Assembly: GCF_001949145.1 (NCBI RefSeq)
Contig: NW_019091355.1
Location: forward strand, 1,052,083 to 1,116,082
Reading direction: 5' to 3'
DNA length: 64,000 bases
DNA from: Acanthaster planci
Taxonomy: Eukaryota
Both the position numbers and the translations under genes were made by a program. The notes beneath the pieces were generated by a model, which saw nothing but the letters and a program-made list of their open reading frames with translations, had not been told where the DNA came from and did no database searches. Of the stretch, positions 10,301-25,300 are shown one piece after another. Within the stretch, counting starts at the first letter, position 1. Each line of letters starts with the position of its first letter.

Positions 10301-13300
10301 TTCAGTTTCAGTTTCAAGGTGGCTGTTTGTTTTACACTACGGTACTTCTCTAACCTTTTATAATGTACCGGTATGACTGAAAAACTGAACTTGCAGGTTG
10401 AAATCAAATCTCTATAGCAGCCACAGACATAAGCTTAAATAAAGAACTAAAAATGACAATAACTTAGAAGAAAATCTGAAATTTTTTTTCAGTTCATGAG
10501 ATAAAAATACCTTTGTCTAAGGTTCTGCATGTAAGTAAAATACCCTGGATGAATCCTCTGCACATTCCCAGTACCGGTACATGCATAGTGAATTCTGTTA
10601 TAGAAAAGATTTCTAACAAAATCTGGATATGAAGGACAAATACTGAAGTCTCAAGCTTCCCCAATTCATTTGCTTTTCTTGTTTTCCAGTCCTTTTCTAA
10701 CAAGGTTCTGGTTAGAGCAAGGTGACGTGGCTAGTCCTCAACGAGAGCGAACCGTGTTGTCACCGACTCCATGGCATCTGTTTATGAGGAAGCTTCCGGA
10801 ATCTTCCGTAATCCAGCAATGTGCGGTAAACCAACGCATTCTTTAGCAGTGAAACAGGCGTTGGGACTTTGGTTCTTGCAAAAAAGTAAAAGAAGCTACT
10901 TTATGTACGGTATGGTCCTGAATCCATCAAAATGCCACAGAATCTGGGAAAGTATCCAGAGAGTTTCACAGTGAGAAACAAAAGCCACAATGCACATGCA
11001 ACTCATAATGAAATGGAAACCTGTGAATACAGCCTGTAAACGCCTGCTTCATGCCCACACCAAGGCCCGAGACATGTACCAGAATGGTTACCGCAAAGCT
11101 AGACACTACACCGACAATACTTACAATGTTATATCATGTGATTTTAGAGTGGAAAAATGTCCTTCTCGAAAGACCAAAGACCCTGCTGCATTAAAAAGGA
11201 AACACACACCATACACACATGTACATGGTACAGTGTACACACACTCTGTACATGACCCTACACGGTGCATTCGAAAAGGAAAAGAAATACATGTATCCAA
11301 GTACGGGTCCATTAGGGAACTTCCTGTAAGCAAAAAGCCCACGTCCGGTGGCACAGGAACGCAGCTAATTTTCTTTTCCTTCCTGATCACAACACATTGT
11401 GAAGGTTGTGAAGTCTCTTTTGCATCTACATGTACATGTAGTTGTTACTGCATGAGGCATTTTGCATAATTACCACAACCAGAAATTGATATGCAACCAA
11501 TCACAAGAAAAGCTGTCCTACACTCACGTGTACATGTATGTCTTCCATGTCTTTGTTACGTACGCAAGGCTTTTTAACAAAAGAAAACATGCAAAAAATG
11601 CAATCTTGGATACAAAAATATCAGCAATTTTGCCTGTAAATGAACATCTAGCATTTTACCCTAATCGCTGTTTGTACTTAATCGTGTTCTTCGATGGAGC
11701 CTGTTGAAGGAAAATGTCCAGAGAGTGTTGATGTGAATTACATGTACAGTGCCAGTGAGTGCCCTCACGTATACATACATGTATATGAACGTGACTAACT
11801 AACGTCTATCCCAGAACATGTTCATTTTAACAGACATAGTGTGTCTCACATCACTGTGGCTACTGGCTCCACCCACAAAAGTACATAGGCGACTGAGGCC
11901 AAACTCGAAATGGGAGCAAAAATGTTAGCCTGTTGGGGGGGTGGGTGGGTTGGGAAGGATTAAGAGGGATCCAGTCGGGTGCACCTTTTGGTTGTCTGGA
12001 GTGCAAATACCCCGGAGTGCTAGACTGTAACGAGGTGGCTAGACAGGCATTTATTTACCAATAAAGAAGAAAAAAAAACCCCTGATCACAACAAACAAGG
12101 AATGACTAGGGGACCCACATGGCACTCACAAATCAAACAACACCAGAGAGACCAACTCTACCAAAATGGGTTGACAAAAATAGACATGTGACTGAGAAAA
12201 CAGAAACGTTGCAGACAACACAACAGCACGACCAGACCCACAAATACAACAGGGACCCTCCACGGATGTTTTACAGCTTATATGAACAAGAGTTTGTTTG
12301 GACTTAAAAAACATTCAGTCACAACTCACATCTACACATGTAAGTTGTACATAGGAAAAAAAAACTCTAAAATTATATTACCCCTTGAATACGTTTCTGA
12401 GAGCTACTATACATCCTGCTTACAATGAGGAAATGTATACATGTACATTGTACATGAACATGTAAGTCCAAATCCATTATTCTTCATTGTTTTAATTCCT
12501 GATAACACAATTTTACTGTCAAAACGTGGTAATCTGCAAAGTTCTGAGGACCTACTTAATGAGGTTTGAGTGTACATGGACAGGTTCTGTGATCACTTGT
12601 TTGTTTCTCTGTGTGTTCTTTTTTATGTAAGTACAAATTTATAGGATTATTCAATTTTAATGCGCACCAGTGAGTCCACTGCAGGCCCTCAATATATGCT
12701 TGCTAATTGATTACATTTTTACACTGTATGTGTCAATGCATACAATGACATTTTTCTGGCGGGAAAAAATTTACCCTGTACAAGTCTGAGCTGCACACGC
12801 TGCCCGTGTCAAAACAATTACACATCACAGGAATGTGTGCCATCCAAACACCTTTTAATCTCCTGTACAACTGCGCTGACCCTTTGTAGAAAGCCACAGT
12901 CTATTTGACAAACAATGGACAAGTTCCCACCTGCTCTGCCCCCTAGCTGAACATGCAGCAATAATAATAATAATAATGGGAGAGAAAAAAAAAATTCTTG
13001 TCTGCTTGGTATCATATCGATATCAGCTCCCAGCCTGGGTGTATTTATCCAGGAGTAACCTTTAGCCCTTGGATACCAGCATGTGCTGGGCTGACCTTTA
13101 TTGACAAGGCAGAGGGTGGTGGCAGGACTAGATTGTGTACCCACAAATGAACCGGGAAATCCATGTCCATGTACTGTAGCCACAGCACAATTCCCTAGGA
13201 ATTTGTCTTGTATGGCCATCCCATATGGTTGATTAAATAAATTGAACATGTGACTCCCTGCTTCTGAAACTGTTATTTATTGTAAAGTGGATTGTCTACA

Positions 13301-16300
13301 GTTTGTATTGGTAAAATGAATGGTTGAACAATATGTGTTTCTAAATATTTCAGCACATGTGCAATTATCAAAGATGACATGATCATGTATCTGTGGTATG
13401 TTTGAGCAAAATCCTGCCAAGGGTGTGCATAGACCTCATTCTATATCTTTGGAGTCCAAAAGTGTGACATTTTTGTGTCCCTGTAAGACACCTGACCTAT
13501 TTGTTTGGCAGGTAATTCTTAATCAGTCTTGGAAAGTGAGACACAAGAATATTGGACTGAAAATGTCTGGAATGACCCAACATACACAACAGGTGTCCGG
13601 CAGTTTAAATTCTCCAACAACCCAAAATTGTCCCATGGAAGCACCCAGTTTTAAATTAAACTACTGCTCTCTGATGAACTTTACTGTCCAGCCACCCTTG
13701 GCAAAATGGATCCCAACTACAAAAGACTGCACCAGTGTATTCAGTGCAGGTTGGAATTTGTTGTTAATTGAGGAAGTTTACCTTGCAGGAGTTTGAGTTG
13801 AGACTCAACAAGGCACAAGGTCAAGAACAAACCAAACAAGTTGTGCACACTTTAGACAACACATGCATTGATACATGTACATGAGGTTACATTGCAGTTC
13901 AGGACCATTAAGCAGGAAGTACACATGTGCAGCACAAGAATTTATCACACCACTTTCCTATTATATCAGGTTACCCTTTTTGAGTGGCATCAATGTAGGA
14001 TGTGCGGAAATGCTGATGCATCCTGCACCAACTTGTCACAACAGATGTAACAGTGCAGGTACCTACACTTGTACCGTAGCCAGTCAAAGCCAACTGAAAT
14101 AGAAACCAACCACAAACCCATCCCCATGTCAAAATCTGCCAAGAGAAGTCAAACATCCACAGGCGAGGAATTTTTTTCCGAACGGTACTGGTGGTCAAAA
14201 TGTGAACAGTCCCGTATTCTTATCACAGAACCGGCCTGTTCCGATTCGAGGGCAACCCACCGCCGTCCTCCATAGCGAATGACATTTATTGTTGGTGACC
14301 CAATTCGGCTGGCACAGGGCCAAAAGAAAAATTAAAAAAAAAACGGACGGGAAACCCCTCCGAACAAAAATAGATGGGCGAGGGGTCGCGTCACTCCAGA
14401 GAGGTGGGCACATTACTTAACACAAGCCTGAAGCAAGGCAACAGAACCTAAGTACCACAATAAATTTCTGCCACTCCCACTGAAATAATTAAACGGCCTT
14501 CTTTCAAAGTGCGACAGGTTACGACTGTTCATTATTTCCTGGTCTATGATTAAAGCACGTTATGTAATGACAGCTACCGGTACACAGCAGAATGAACTTG
14601 CTTTCTGTCTTATAATCACAGGGTCACATTAAGAACGACAAATAATTTCTGCATCCACTGGCTATGGCAACGGATCTCAGTTATGGGTACACCCCGGCAC
14701 GGCGCGGATGGTACAGTCCTGTTCTTGAGATGGTCTATAAGAGCTCATACAAATACATGTACATGTATAATACGTCCCCCAACCGCAGCAAAACAACCGT
14801 GCGTACGATGACGATGCGTGAATGGCATCTGCATGAATGAACAGACTTTTTGGCACGGAGCCATCCAATGCAGGAACAGGGGAAGTCCCTCTTCTGAACG
14901 TGGCATGGCTCGCAGCTGGCAAGCAATGGTATAAGTCGCAGGTGGACCAACGATAAGGCATTTCTTTTGCTTTGCAACATTCGGGAAGGTGTTTTTTTTT
15001 CTGCATGGGCACAGCAAAGACAGTATTTGAAGAAACCAATGGATGTAAACCAGTACATTTAATCCCAAATGACAGTGTGATACCAGCTCCGAACACTTTC
15101 TTCGAGTTCACACAATATTTATCTTTCAAGAATGTGGTACAATGTTGTGTAATCTATCATTTGTGAAGTTAAAAAAAGCTAGGATTGAGAGATAAGGTAG
15201 CAGTGGACATGTTCACTGACCCATGAGCCTGTCAAGAGAAGTGAGAACAAACACTGACAACTTCAAGGGTGGGGGGAGAGACAGCTTCTAGATCCAGTGG
15301 AAATTATGGGCGTCCTCTTGGAACCAGGAGATTAGTCACATTTTGTCCCAGTTACGTAAATTGAGTTACCAGTCGAACCTGAATAAAACCAGTTTCTCTC
15401 ATGGAAGGTTGCACTGTGTAGCACTGATGGAAGATTCTTAATTACTAAACTTTATTTCTCAAGGGTAAGAATTTTTTAAGTTAGGCCAATTTCTGTGCTT
15501 CATTGTGGCGTATGAAACAGACCCTGTTCATATGCCTACTACACTTGTAAGGGTAGCCAAAGTGTGGAAAAATATCACCATTGACTGGTGCATGATTTTG
15601 CCTCAAAAAGTACATACATTACTTCCATGTAAAGAGGGTCACATTTCCATTTAGTAGTCATACATTTATACATGTATGTAAATGAAATCTGGCATTTCGA
15701 TAGCTGCATGTAACTCTTGACATTTTGTGGATAAACATTTTGCCAATGGCCTGCCATACTGGCTAGTACATGTATACAAGCCACTGGTTGGCAAAATATG
15801 ACAGACAAGCAAGAGAGATCTACGTACAGGTACATACATGTATATGATGTACTTGGCTATGTTGTCACAAGTCTTTGGTATTTCAAAGGAAAGACTTCTC
15901 AGACCACAAGCCTTCTCGGTACGCCGACTGTACCGTAGGTAGGTGTACAGTCGAACCTCGTTAATAAGAGGTCCTTTGAACTCGGCAAATTGCCTTGTTA
16001 GAGCAGGAACCACTGTATAGGGGAATAATGAAAAACAAAAGATTGGGACCTACAAATTTCCTTGCTATATTTCACAATCTTGTATTAGCAGTGCTCTCAT
16101 TAATGACATTCGACTGTAGTAGGATCTACCAGTAGCATGGATCCAGTGAGGGGTTCTTCCATCCTTCTGCATTGTTATCCAATGTCCGTCCAGCCCCATC
16201 AAACTGTGACCCTACCTGACCTCCTGTTATGGGACCAACCTGATTTGAAGTGGACCACCTGCTTGGGTGAGAACAGGGGGTGTGTGCTGCGGTCAGGGAT

Positions 16301-19300
16301 AGCTTTAGAATGGGGACAGTGCCGGTCATTCCCTACATGTAAAAGGCTGTGTAATTACATACAACCCAGAGGCAACTGTACTTTTCTCAGCTGGCACTAG
16401 ACTCAGTGTCTGATACCTGGAGTAGGCTACACCAGGCAGATTTTGTTACAAATTTTCAAACACTTACTGCTACATGTAAATTGCCTAGACTGCATGTACA
16501 TGTGCAATACTGCCCATTGAATGTATTGTACCAGTACTTGTATCACCTACAGGTGTAAAATTGAACTGTACATGTACCAATCTCAGGTACATTTTACATG
16601 TACATTGTACCTCTGTCGACTTTTGTGTCCATTCAAATGAAACTTCATCATAATCTGCAAATGTGTAAAAGTCGGTATGACGTGCACTGTGGCTCTCCCA
16701 GAGCTGGGTTGACATTAATTTATTTTTTCCCTGCACCAAGCCGTCACGTACAATGTACCCAATACATGCTAAACATGTACCGTACATGAGCATGTTCGCC
16801 AGGAAAACCTTAACGCATCAGAGGGACATATGGGTATATCATCACAACACATGTACCAATGTATTTAAACACTCTTTGAACAGTCATGTCTTTTACAATA
16901 GCAGGTGTGCAAACTGAAACTAATAGAATATACTGTACAGGTGCTTTTCATGCTGCACATGTACATGTACAGTAAATGCAGTGCATGTACATGGGTGCAT
17001 GCACCGGTAAATATGTACTGATAATCTGCTTGAAGCAAGCATTGGATATACATGAACGGTATAAGAGACTTTGCATAATATTAAGCACACAGCTTCAATG
17101 CAAATGAAAAATCAATGCGTGTCCTGTACACTGGGCACTTATTGATTTGTACAATACTGTTGCATGCACTGTAAGTGATAGGCAAATGTGCACATGCTGA
17201 GAAGCAAGGAATTGGAAGCTGACGCCTGATAAATTCTCTCGCTTCTCTTTCACCCCTTCATTTCATCAATGCACACCAGTTTCTGTGGCCACAGACCGTT
17301 TCAGCTTGTACCATGCTACCATTGCATTAAAAGGACTGAAGCAAGATTTACCCAAACCTGTACACAATCTCACCATTATATAGACCACTCTCATTTTGCC
17401 TAAAATTTACAACTACCGCTAGCATGGGCAACCAAAGTTTGCAGAAATATCACGTTTTGCTTGGTTTTTCGATTTTACCTCAAATTCGTCAGAAAAAAAA
17501 TGATATATGTCCTATTAAGCATATTTTCATTTTGTATTTAGTATTTCACGAGTGTATTATTACATGTACATGTACATAGTGTTCTGATACACTGCACCTC
17601 TGTGGGATTTTTACTTTTGTACGAATGGTCAACTTTAGTTTTAGCAGCCACTAACAGGAAATACACGACTGTGACATCAAAATGGCTGACCTCATAAGCT
17701 GTGTCGTGGCAACAGAATGGAAGAACAGTGTTTTGTAAGAAAACAGTGACTGTCATGGATGGTGATTTCAGACATGTAAAAAACTAAAAATGTTCACTAC
17801 AAATATGTAAATCCAGACAAATTAAACTGTATACATGTAAGAAGGTGAATTCCAAGGACAGTTAATGAATTGCAATAAATCACTTTCAAAAAACCAAAAC
17901 TCATGACAAATTGTTTTAAAAGGACAGCCACTAGTTTACATGTAGGTATTTTTCTCCACGCCACAGTGTACTGATCAAAACCAAATTTTGTCTCACATGT
18001 CTGAAGGCATTCTTGACTCACTGAATATCAAAAAGAAACGGGCAAAATCTCAAATGATAGATGGACCTGTTGAGCGACAAGCTGATGTGATAAGTGAACA
18101 AAATATACCACAAAAAATACTCTCATTGACGTCAACAAGTTGACAGCTTGAGGGAATAAGTATGGGTCAGAATGGATGCCGGGTGCATATAAATAGCCAC
18201 GATGCACCACAGGGATTTTTCACTGGGGCAATATTTAGATTTTGTGGCTTTATGTGTGGGAGTTCGGTTGCATCACAAACAGCCGTGGTTTGTTTTACAG
18301 TCGACCAGGTAGTTGTATCTAGAAAGAGGAAAATCTTGGAGTGGAATTTTGTATCAAGAGGCACTTTGATTTTGCTAGCTCTGTATTCAGAGTTCAATGA
18401 CTTTCAAATGAGGGGACATGTTTGTATACGTGACATGTTTTGCAATACGTGGTTGGTGGTCTTTTAGCTACATGAATGTAACTTGGTTATAAGGAAGGAA
18501 TGATCATTTTCTGAGCGGCTTGTGTGTTATCCTCGTCTTATGCATCACGTTTTTGCTGATACTGCATGCACATGGCATTTTTGAGACACGTTACAACCTT
18601 TCTGAGAGATACCCATGGCATAGCCACATGCACATACATGTACATGTAAAACCCATAAAAGTGTCCATGTTTTTTTGATGTATAAATATGCAGTCGATCA
18701 CTTCATGAATCTATGAAGTACACTGAAGTTTTTATTTAACAGCCACATGTTGCACAATTTGAGCACTTCCTAATGGATGACTTTTCCTAATACAGGTAAA
18801 TAATGAAATTCCAAAGTGTAGGCATTTGAGGTTTCGCTACACAGCCTACACAAGGCCCTCTGTTGTTTAACTGAAACTAAAGGTTACAAACTTCCACACT
18901 TTTTTCTGGGCGTTCATGTTGGCCCTACTTGGACATGACATGTGCCACAGACCATCAATCTCTTACTGGAAGTAAACATCACACACTGCCCTATCATGGG
19001 CACCAACCCACAAGGACCTCAAAAACCTCAGCTATGATTTACATCTGTTGCTTGGACCTGGGGTTGGTCTGACAGGGGAACAATGACTACTGACTGCTGG
19101 AGTAATTGCACATGTAACTGTCCAACCTCCTTCCAAATTGCTCACTTTGTGTTCCGATCAATGAAATGGGGGAAGGGAAGGGGTGGTTGGAGATAAGTTC
19201 AGCCCAATACTCTAGTTCCCATCAAGCACGTGCTGTTTTATGCTGCTAAAGGCTTCCGCCTCTTCCCACCAGATCATTATGTGAAAACCCTCTGATTCAT

Positions 19301-22300
19301 ACATAAAATGAGAACAACGAATCACAGATCACCAATCATCTGAAATGGGTAAAACGTTTTTGAACCATGACCCTAACAACCTGCAACTACATGTATGTAG
19401 AAGAAACTACTGTAACATATCAACAGCAATTGTTACCGGTATCTGTGAAAAAAAGCAACTTTATATAAACTTCTTCAGAATTTTGTACACATGATGCCAA
19501 CATTTCACCAGAGAATTACATGTAGGTACTAATATTTAGTTTAATTTAATTTAAAAATGTCTCCAGCTATATAAAGAAAACAGAAAATACTGTTTTTACA
19601 GCTTCATTAACATGTAAATGAACTCTTTAGTTAATTCCCAGTAATTTCTTTTTAGAAATGGTGAAAGAGGAAACGGAAGCTGGACATTTGTTCATCTCAC
19701 TTGCAGACAGTCAGTCAAAAATATACATGTAAATGAAAAAACTGTTTCGGATTTTTTTGGTACTACAAAACTCTAAATGAAAAAAAAAGCTGTCTTGGCT
19801 TAAGCTGCTAAAGAAAATATGGAAAAAAAAACCCATACAACTAATACTTCAAGTGCTCTTATTTGTCAAAAACATACTGCATGAAGAGTGAAGGCTATAT
19901 TACTTTGTGGTTCATATAACCTTTGAAACAAAAAAAGCACTCACATTTGAGACGAAATAAATAAATGTTCCCCAATCTGTGTTTGTGATGATTGCCTTAT
20001 GAACATTAGGTATGAACATAACTGTCATGCAAATACCAAAAAGGATAACTTTTACAAATGATTTGCATTTCAGTAAAACTTCCAGAAAGATCAATTTCAA
20101 TCACATGTTAAAATTGCAAAACCCTTTTTATTCTTTGTGATTCCCACTGGATCAAAATCGGATACCCACCTTTGGAGGCGGAGCTGTCAGCTGCGGAAAG
20201 GGTGGAAGTCCTCCTTTTGCTCTGCTCCCATTGGCCGAGCCATCCATGGTAAGCTCTGGAGCCTGTTGGCGTTAAAGAAATCAAAATCAAAGACCAAACT
20301 GGAAGAACAAAGTTAATCCTGCGCTGAAATCCACAACGGAAACAAAAATAAGCTGTGGGTGATCGTTAAGTCATTCCTCAAAGATGCTGTGGGAGAAAAC
20401 TTCAATCATTTGAGATGATGCGAAGGCTGTGTAGTGATGCGGTCACTATGGCAGTCAATTGTGAACCAGCTGATGCCCTTGTGTTTGCGCACGTGGGCCT
20501 GTTCGGATGCCTGTTTCCCACGATAACACACTCGGTCTGGAGCAGTAGTAAGTATTCTGGACGTGAGCCAAGAACTTGTAATTCACAAAAACGAGAACGA
20601 GATGAAAGAGCACGGCTATGGACTCCATGCGTCGGATTTGGGCCAAGATATTTTTACGAATCCACTGGCACGCAAGAAGATACTGCAGTCATCCAGATCA
20701 AATTGTTCCCGCCAGTCCTTCCTTTTAAAAAAAAAAGATTAACTGTCAGAGAAAAGGCAGCAGATCCACGTGTGAAGAAAAACACAGGGCCGTGTCCATC
20801 AGGAAATCGGGCGGGTCTTTGGATGGGTAGGAAAGAATCCAGGCTTGTTTTGTTACACACATACTGAGGTTCACACTGTAGGCTGCAGGAATGAAGAATC
20901 CAGCTTTTTTGAGTGAGTGCGTCGCAGGCACACAGGGGAAAAAGAAAAACTGGCCGGCTCACTTCAGAGCAGGGTGCACATAGGATCCTACACTGCACTG
21001 CCTGACCGGGTGTTCTAAGCCACTCCAGTCCATACCATCATCACAAGGGCCTTGTTGGACCAGTCCATCTGCTCTGTGCTATCCCAGACCGAAACAAAGC
21101 CATCCAAATTTGCACGTAGGCACCATTCACACGCTTACACTCACAACACACACTCCGGCCTATCTGCTCACATAGGAAATTCTGTAAACCGCAAAATTAA
21201 AATCCCCCTGTATGGTTGTAATGCTTTGCCATTACATATTATGGAAGCCACGGGTCGCATAATCAGCCACAAACCCAAGGTCCAAGGGCTGCAGTAAGTG
21301 GCAGCGTACACAATACCGAGGCCTGTGATTGGACAGTCTTTGTTCCCTGCTATTCAGCCCTGGCCTCATCTGCCTGTCAAGCACCAGACAGGAGCTACCA
21401 TTAGAGGTCACAGGGGTGAACGCTTACACTATCGGAGGGGCTCCCTTCCCATCAGCCATGTGCTCGAACAGTCAGGATTGCACTTTGCTAAGGAGCTCAC
21501 TTTATTGACTGCAATGGTTTACAGCTCCAATGGGGGTCAGGGATTAGAGATGAAACCAGCAAGTGGTCCCCCTTGATCAGGGGATCCTAATGAGGTTATG
21601 AAAAGCTTTTCACCTGTGCAGACCACAAACAGGCTCAGGTATGCAGGTTGGCTGGAGAGAGCCACAAGACCCAGCAAAGCTCCTCAAGACTGAGCTCAGG
21701 CCTCCCTTGAATGGAAACTGAAAGATCCTCCCCAACCAACAAACAGGAACCCAAGGAAATTAGGGGTAGACAATAAGTCTCATCCAGCTCTCTGGCTTAT
21801 CCAACCCAAGTGTAGTTTTATCGCTTAAAAGGATTTTTAAGGGTTTTTAGAGAAAGGAGTGCATGTTGTTAACACAGGTATCTCCTGTTGCCAACACCAT
21901 CCTTTGATCAACCGTGCTTGGATGAATCGCTTGAAGTGCCGAAGGACAAAACAATTGTTATTCTGTCCAGGAAGCAACACCACTTCAACTCTGTGAAATA
22001 GTTACTATTAAATTGGAGCCCAGTTTTTGCACTTTTGAGAAGACTTGGTACAATCAAATGACCTTTGCGATGATCCAAACCTGTTCGTCGAAACAACTTC
22101 TACAACTGAACTGCATGTACAAAAACAAGTTTTCTAGCAACACCAAAGTCATTAGCTTTGAAGTACCACCGACTGAAAACAATTGAGGTCACACTAACTG
22201 GAATTGGTACAGCTCTTAACAAAGGATGATTCTCAAAAGTGAACCACACCCCACAAAATAGACCCATTACCATAAACCCTCTAAAAATAGTTGGATTGTG

Positions 22301-25300
22301 GGAAGACTGGGGGTTTTGCCACATATGGATCCCTAAAATAAACAGCATTTGATGAGAGTATCCCTAAACCTACTCTATAGTACCCCTATTCAACCTCCTT
22401 GTTATGATAGGCTCATTACCATGACAAAAGCCTGTTCTCCTGTAGTGGGAGAGTTAATGAAGCATGACAAGAGTGAACATCAGCTGTAAGGATAACCACA
22501 TCATCACAGGATATTACTGACCACTGACCACAGCTACTTAGCACACTCATACAACAGCTGGTTTTCTGAACTGATGCCCCGAAATTCACTTTAACTGGTC
22601 ACGATCGACAAATTAGAAAATTGAAAATTGCTGACAGATTCTTAGAGAAAAAGTTGTCAATTATTCCCTTATCCTATCACACAATCCCAAATTCTTCTCC
22701 TGTAGATCCATTTTAAGTATACCTTACATTATTGGGAACGATATTACTAGACCTATATCGAACAAATCACATACACAGAAGTCTATGCCTACCGCATTTG
22801 TGAAGCACCAGTTCATGGTATGCTCGCCCTGAAAATTTTTGTGGAAATTCTTTGAATCTTTCCAGACGATGAACAGTTTCTTATCACCGAACTCAAATTA
22901 GAAATAGGAAACAAAGAAGACAAAAATGTATTGCAGCAAATAAACATGCCAAATTATGGACAAAGCAGTATAAAGCGATCATTTTAAGATTATTACTAAA
23001 AATATGTAAATTAGCATAATTTTGAAATAATGATTTATCCCAAAAGTACTCATGGTCTTCAAAAAATGAATTATTATATCATGGTACGATTTCATAAATG
23101 CAGACACTTACAAAGTGCATATTGAGTTCAGGTAATATTGACCACAGGCGCAACATGATAAAGAAATGTTATTAACCTGCCACTAAAAAATGCATTTTTT
23201 ACAAGGAATGACTACAAAAAAAGGAATTTAACAAGGGCACTCTTCTTTTGACAAAAAGAAAGTTCTTTTAACTGCATTATGGGAGCAAAATGTAAACAAA
23301 CTACTCCAAAAATATTTGCCCCTCAGTCGAAGTTGCACCCTTGTCATAATAATGGTACGGTCTGCGGATTCCGCATATCCGAATGAGCCTGTGGGTACAT
23401 TAATTGTGTATTATAAGTGTGACAGGCCAGACCGTCGTTATTCATATGCTAATGAGATTCCCCAATTCATCTGTTCCATAAAACCAACACAACTACTACG
23501 AAAGTTCCACAACCGACAATGTGTAAACATTCCCAAGCGTTTATGTACCGATGACAGAGAATAGATTTTTTTTTCGTTGGGGAGCGTGGGCAGTATGCTT
23601 CAGCAGTATTAAGCACACGATCCGGGAAGCGTGCGCGAAGGACTTAATTGCATCCTCTTAGCTCTGAGGGACGGAGGAGAAACTGAACAATGTGAGCGTG
23701 CTCCAAAATGCCGCACGGTCATTTGTGGGACCCTGTGTTCATTTTCAATTATTGTAAAACGTAATATATCAAAACGGTAAGGCTGACGTGCCATTTAGGC
23801 AAAAAATTTTAACGATAACGGGCCTTCAGTCTGCGTACATATTGATGGCGGGTAATCACGTGGAGTTACCCATCACGACGCAAGAAAAGGTAATGCTCTC
23901 CTATTTAATTTTCTTTTTTGACATCAGAAAAATACTCAAAACACAAAGAACTGATCAAGGACATTTAACATTGAATTTTGTTCGAGCCAGATGCAAACAT
24001 ATGGATCTGAAAATTTTGAAAAAAAATATAGGTCCTTGAAAAAAAAGTTGGCTTACAGTTAACAAGAACTGTTAGACAATGACTGAGGAAAACAGTGCTG
24101 GGACTTGTGACAAAATTCAGAAACTAATTGCTTATTCAAACTACCGGTATTTGTAGCGTGATTTATTTTTATCTTCGGGAGGGTACACTACCAGTACATG
24201 TGTTATTAAGGTACCAGGACTTCGCACAAGAAATTATTAACTCTGTACATCAACCTGTTTTTTTCTGCGGTGGCCAAATATTTATAAGCCATTTAAATGT
24301 ATGGTTTTCTTTAGAACAATTTTCATTCTTTTACTTGCAGAGTAAAAGTCTGACAAGGAACTGCTACCCCTAAAAAGGAAAAGTAAAACCAACAAAAATT
24401 GTTTCAATTTCTTTTCCTGGTGGAACTGTTATCAATTGCCTCCCAGAATGCAGTGCAATAATAAATCACACAGCCAGGATCCTGCCTATCCTGTAATGAA
24501 AGGAATATATGCCTGGTATCTGGTTACGGCCTCTACTCCCCAGGAAATGTGCCCACCACATTGCTCACAAGGTCAGACGCAGGCTACATGGAGATTACAC
24601 CTTCAGGTTGAGTGTAATATAGAGTGTTGAGGCGATCACGTCTGAGTTTCAAAATTCTTCATTGTGTGAAGGCAATTCAACTACTGGACCGTTTCTCCTA
24701 AATGCTTTGCAGTCCATTTAAACATTTATCACCCAACTTTTCTGGGTGGCAATTTTACTAGCAATGAATTGCACACAATGTGGTAAATGATGAAATATTG
24801 GTTTGACTTCTTTGTATTTTGTCTGCATCTCATGGGTAGCCCACGGCAGGTCACAGAAGTTTCTTCCAACATAGGACTAACATACACCTTATCTTAGGAA
24901 TTCCTGAAATTCCAGGCATCAATGAAATTGCAATTTCATTGAACCTAAATTTAGGAAGACCGAACTGCTAAAAAGTCTGATACTATGGACATGGGTACAT
25001 GCATAAAAAGAATGGATAAAGAACTTAATAATACATTTGGACAATTAGAGGAAAAGGTGCAAAGTGAAAAATTTCACTGTGATGCAGAGAATACATGAAT
25101 CATTTGCATCTGTTCTTTTAAAAAATACTTGTAAGTTGATGAATACTTGAATCAAAAGAAGTTTCGGAAAAACCCTGATAAATACGATTGCAATATAAAA
25201 AGCCACTTCTTTGTCAGGAAACTTGAAGGAGTAAATTTATGTGCAGAGTGGTTGCCATCACAACGGATTTGCTCATCTCGTTAAGAATTCGAGCGGCATG

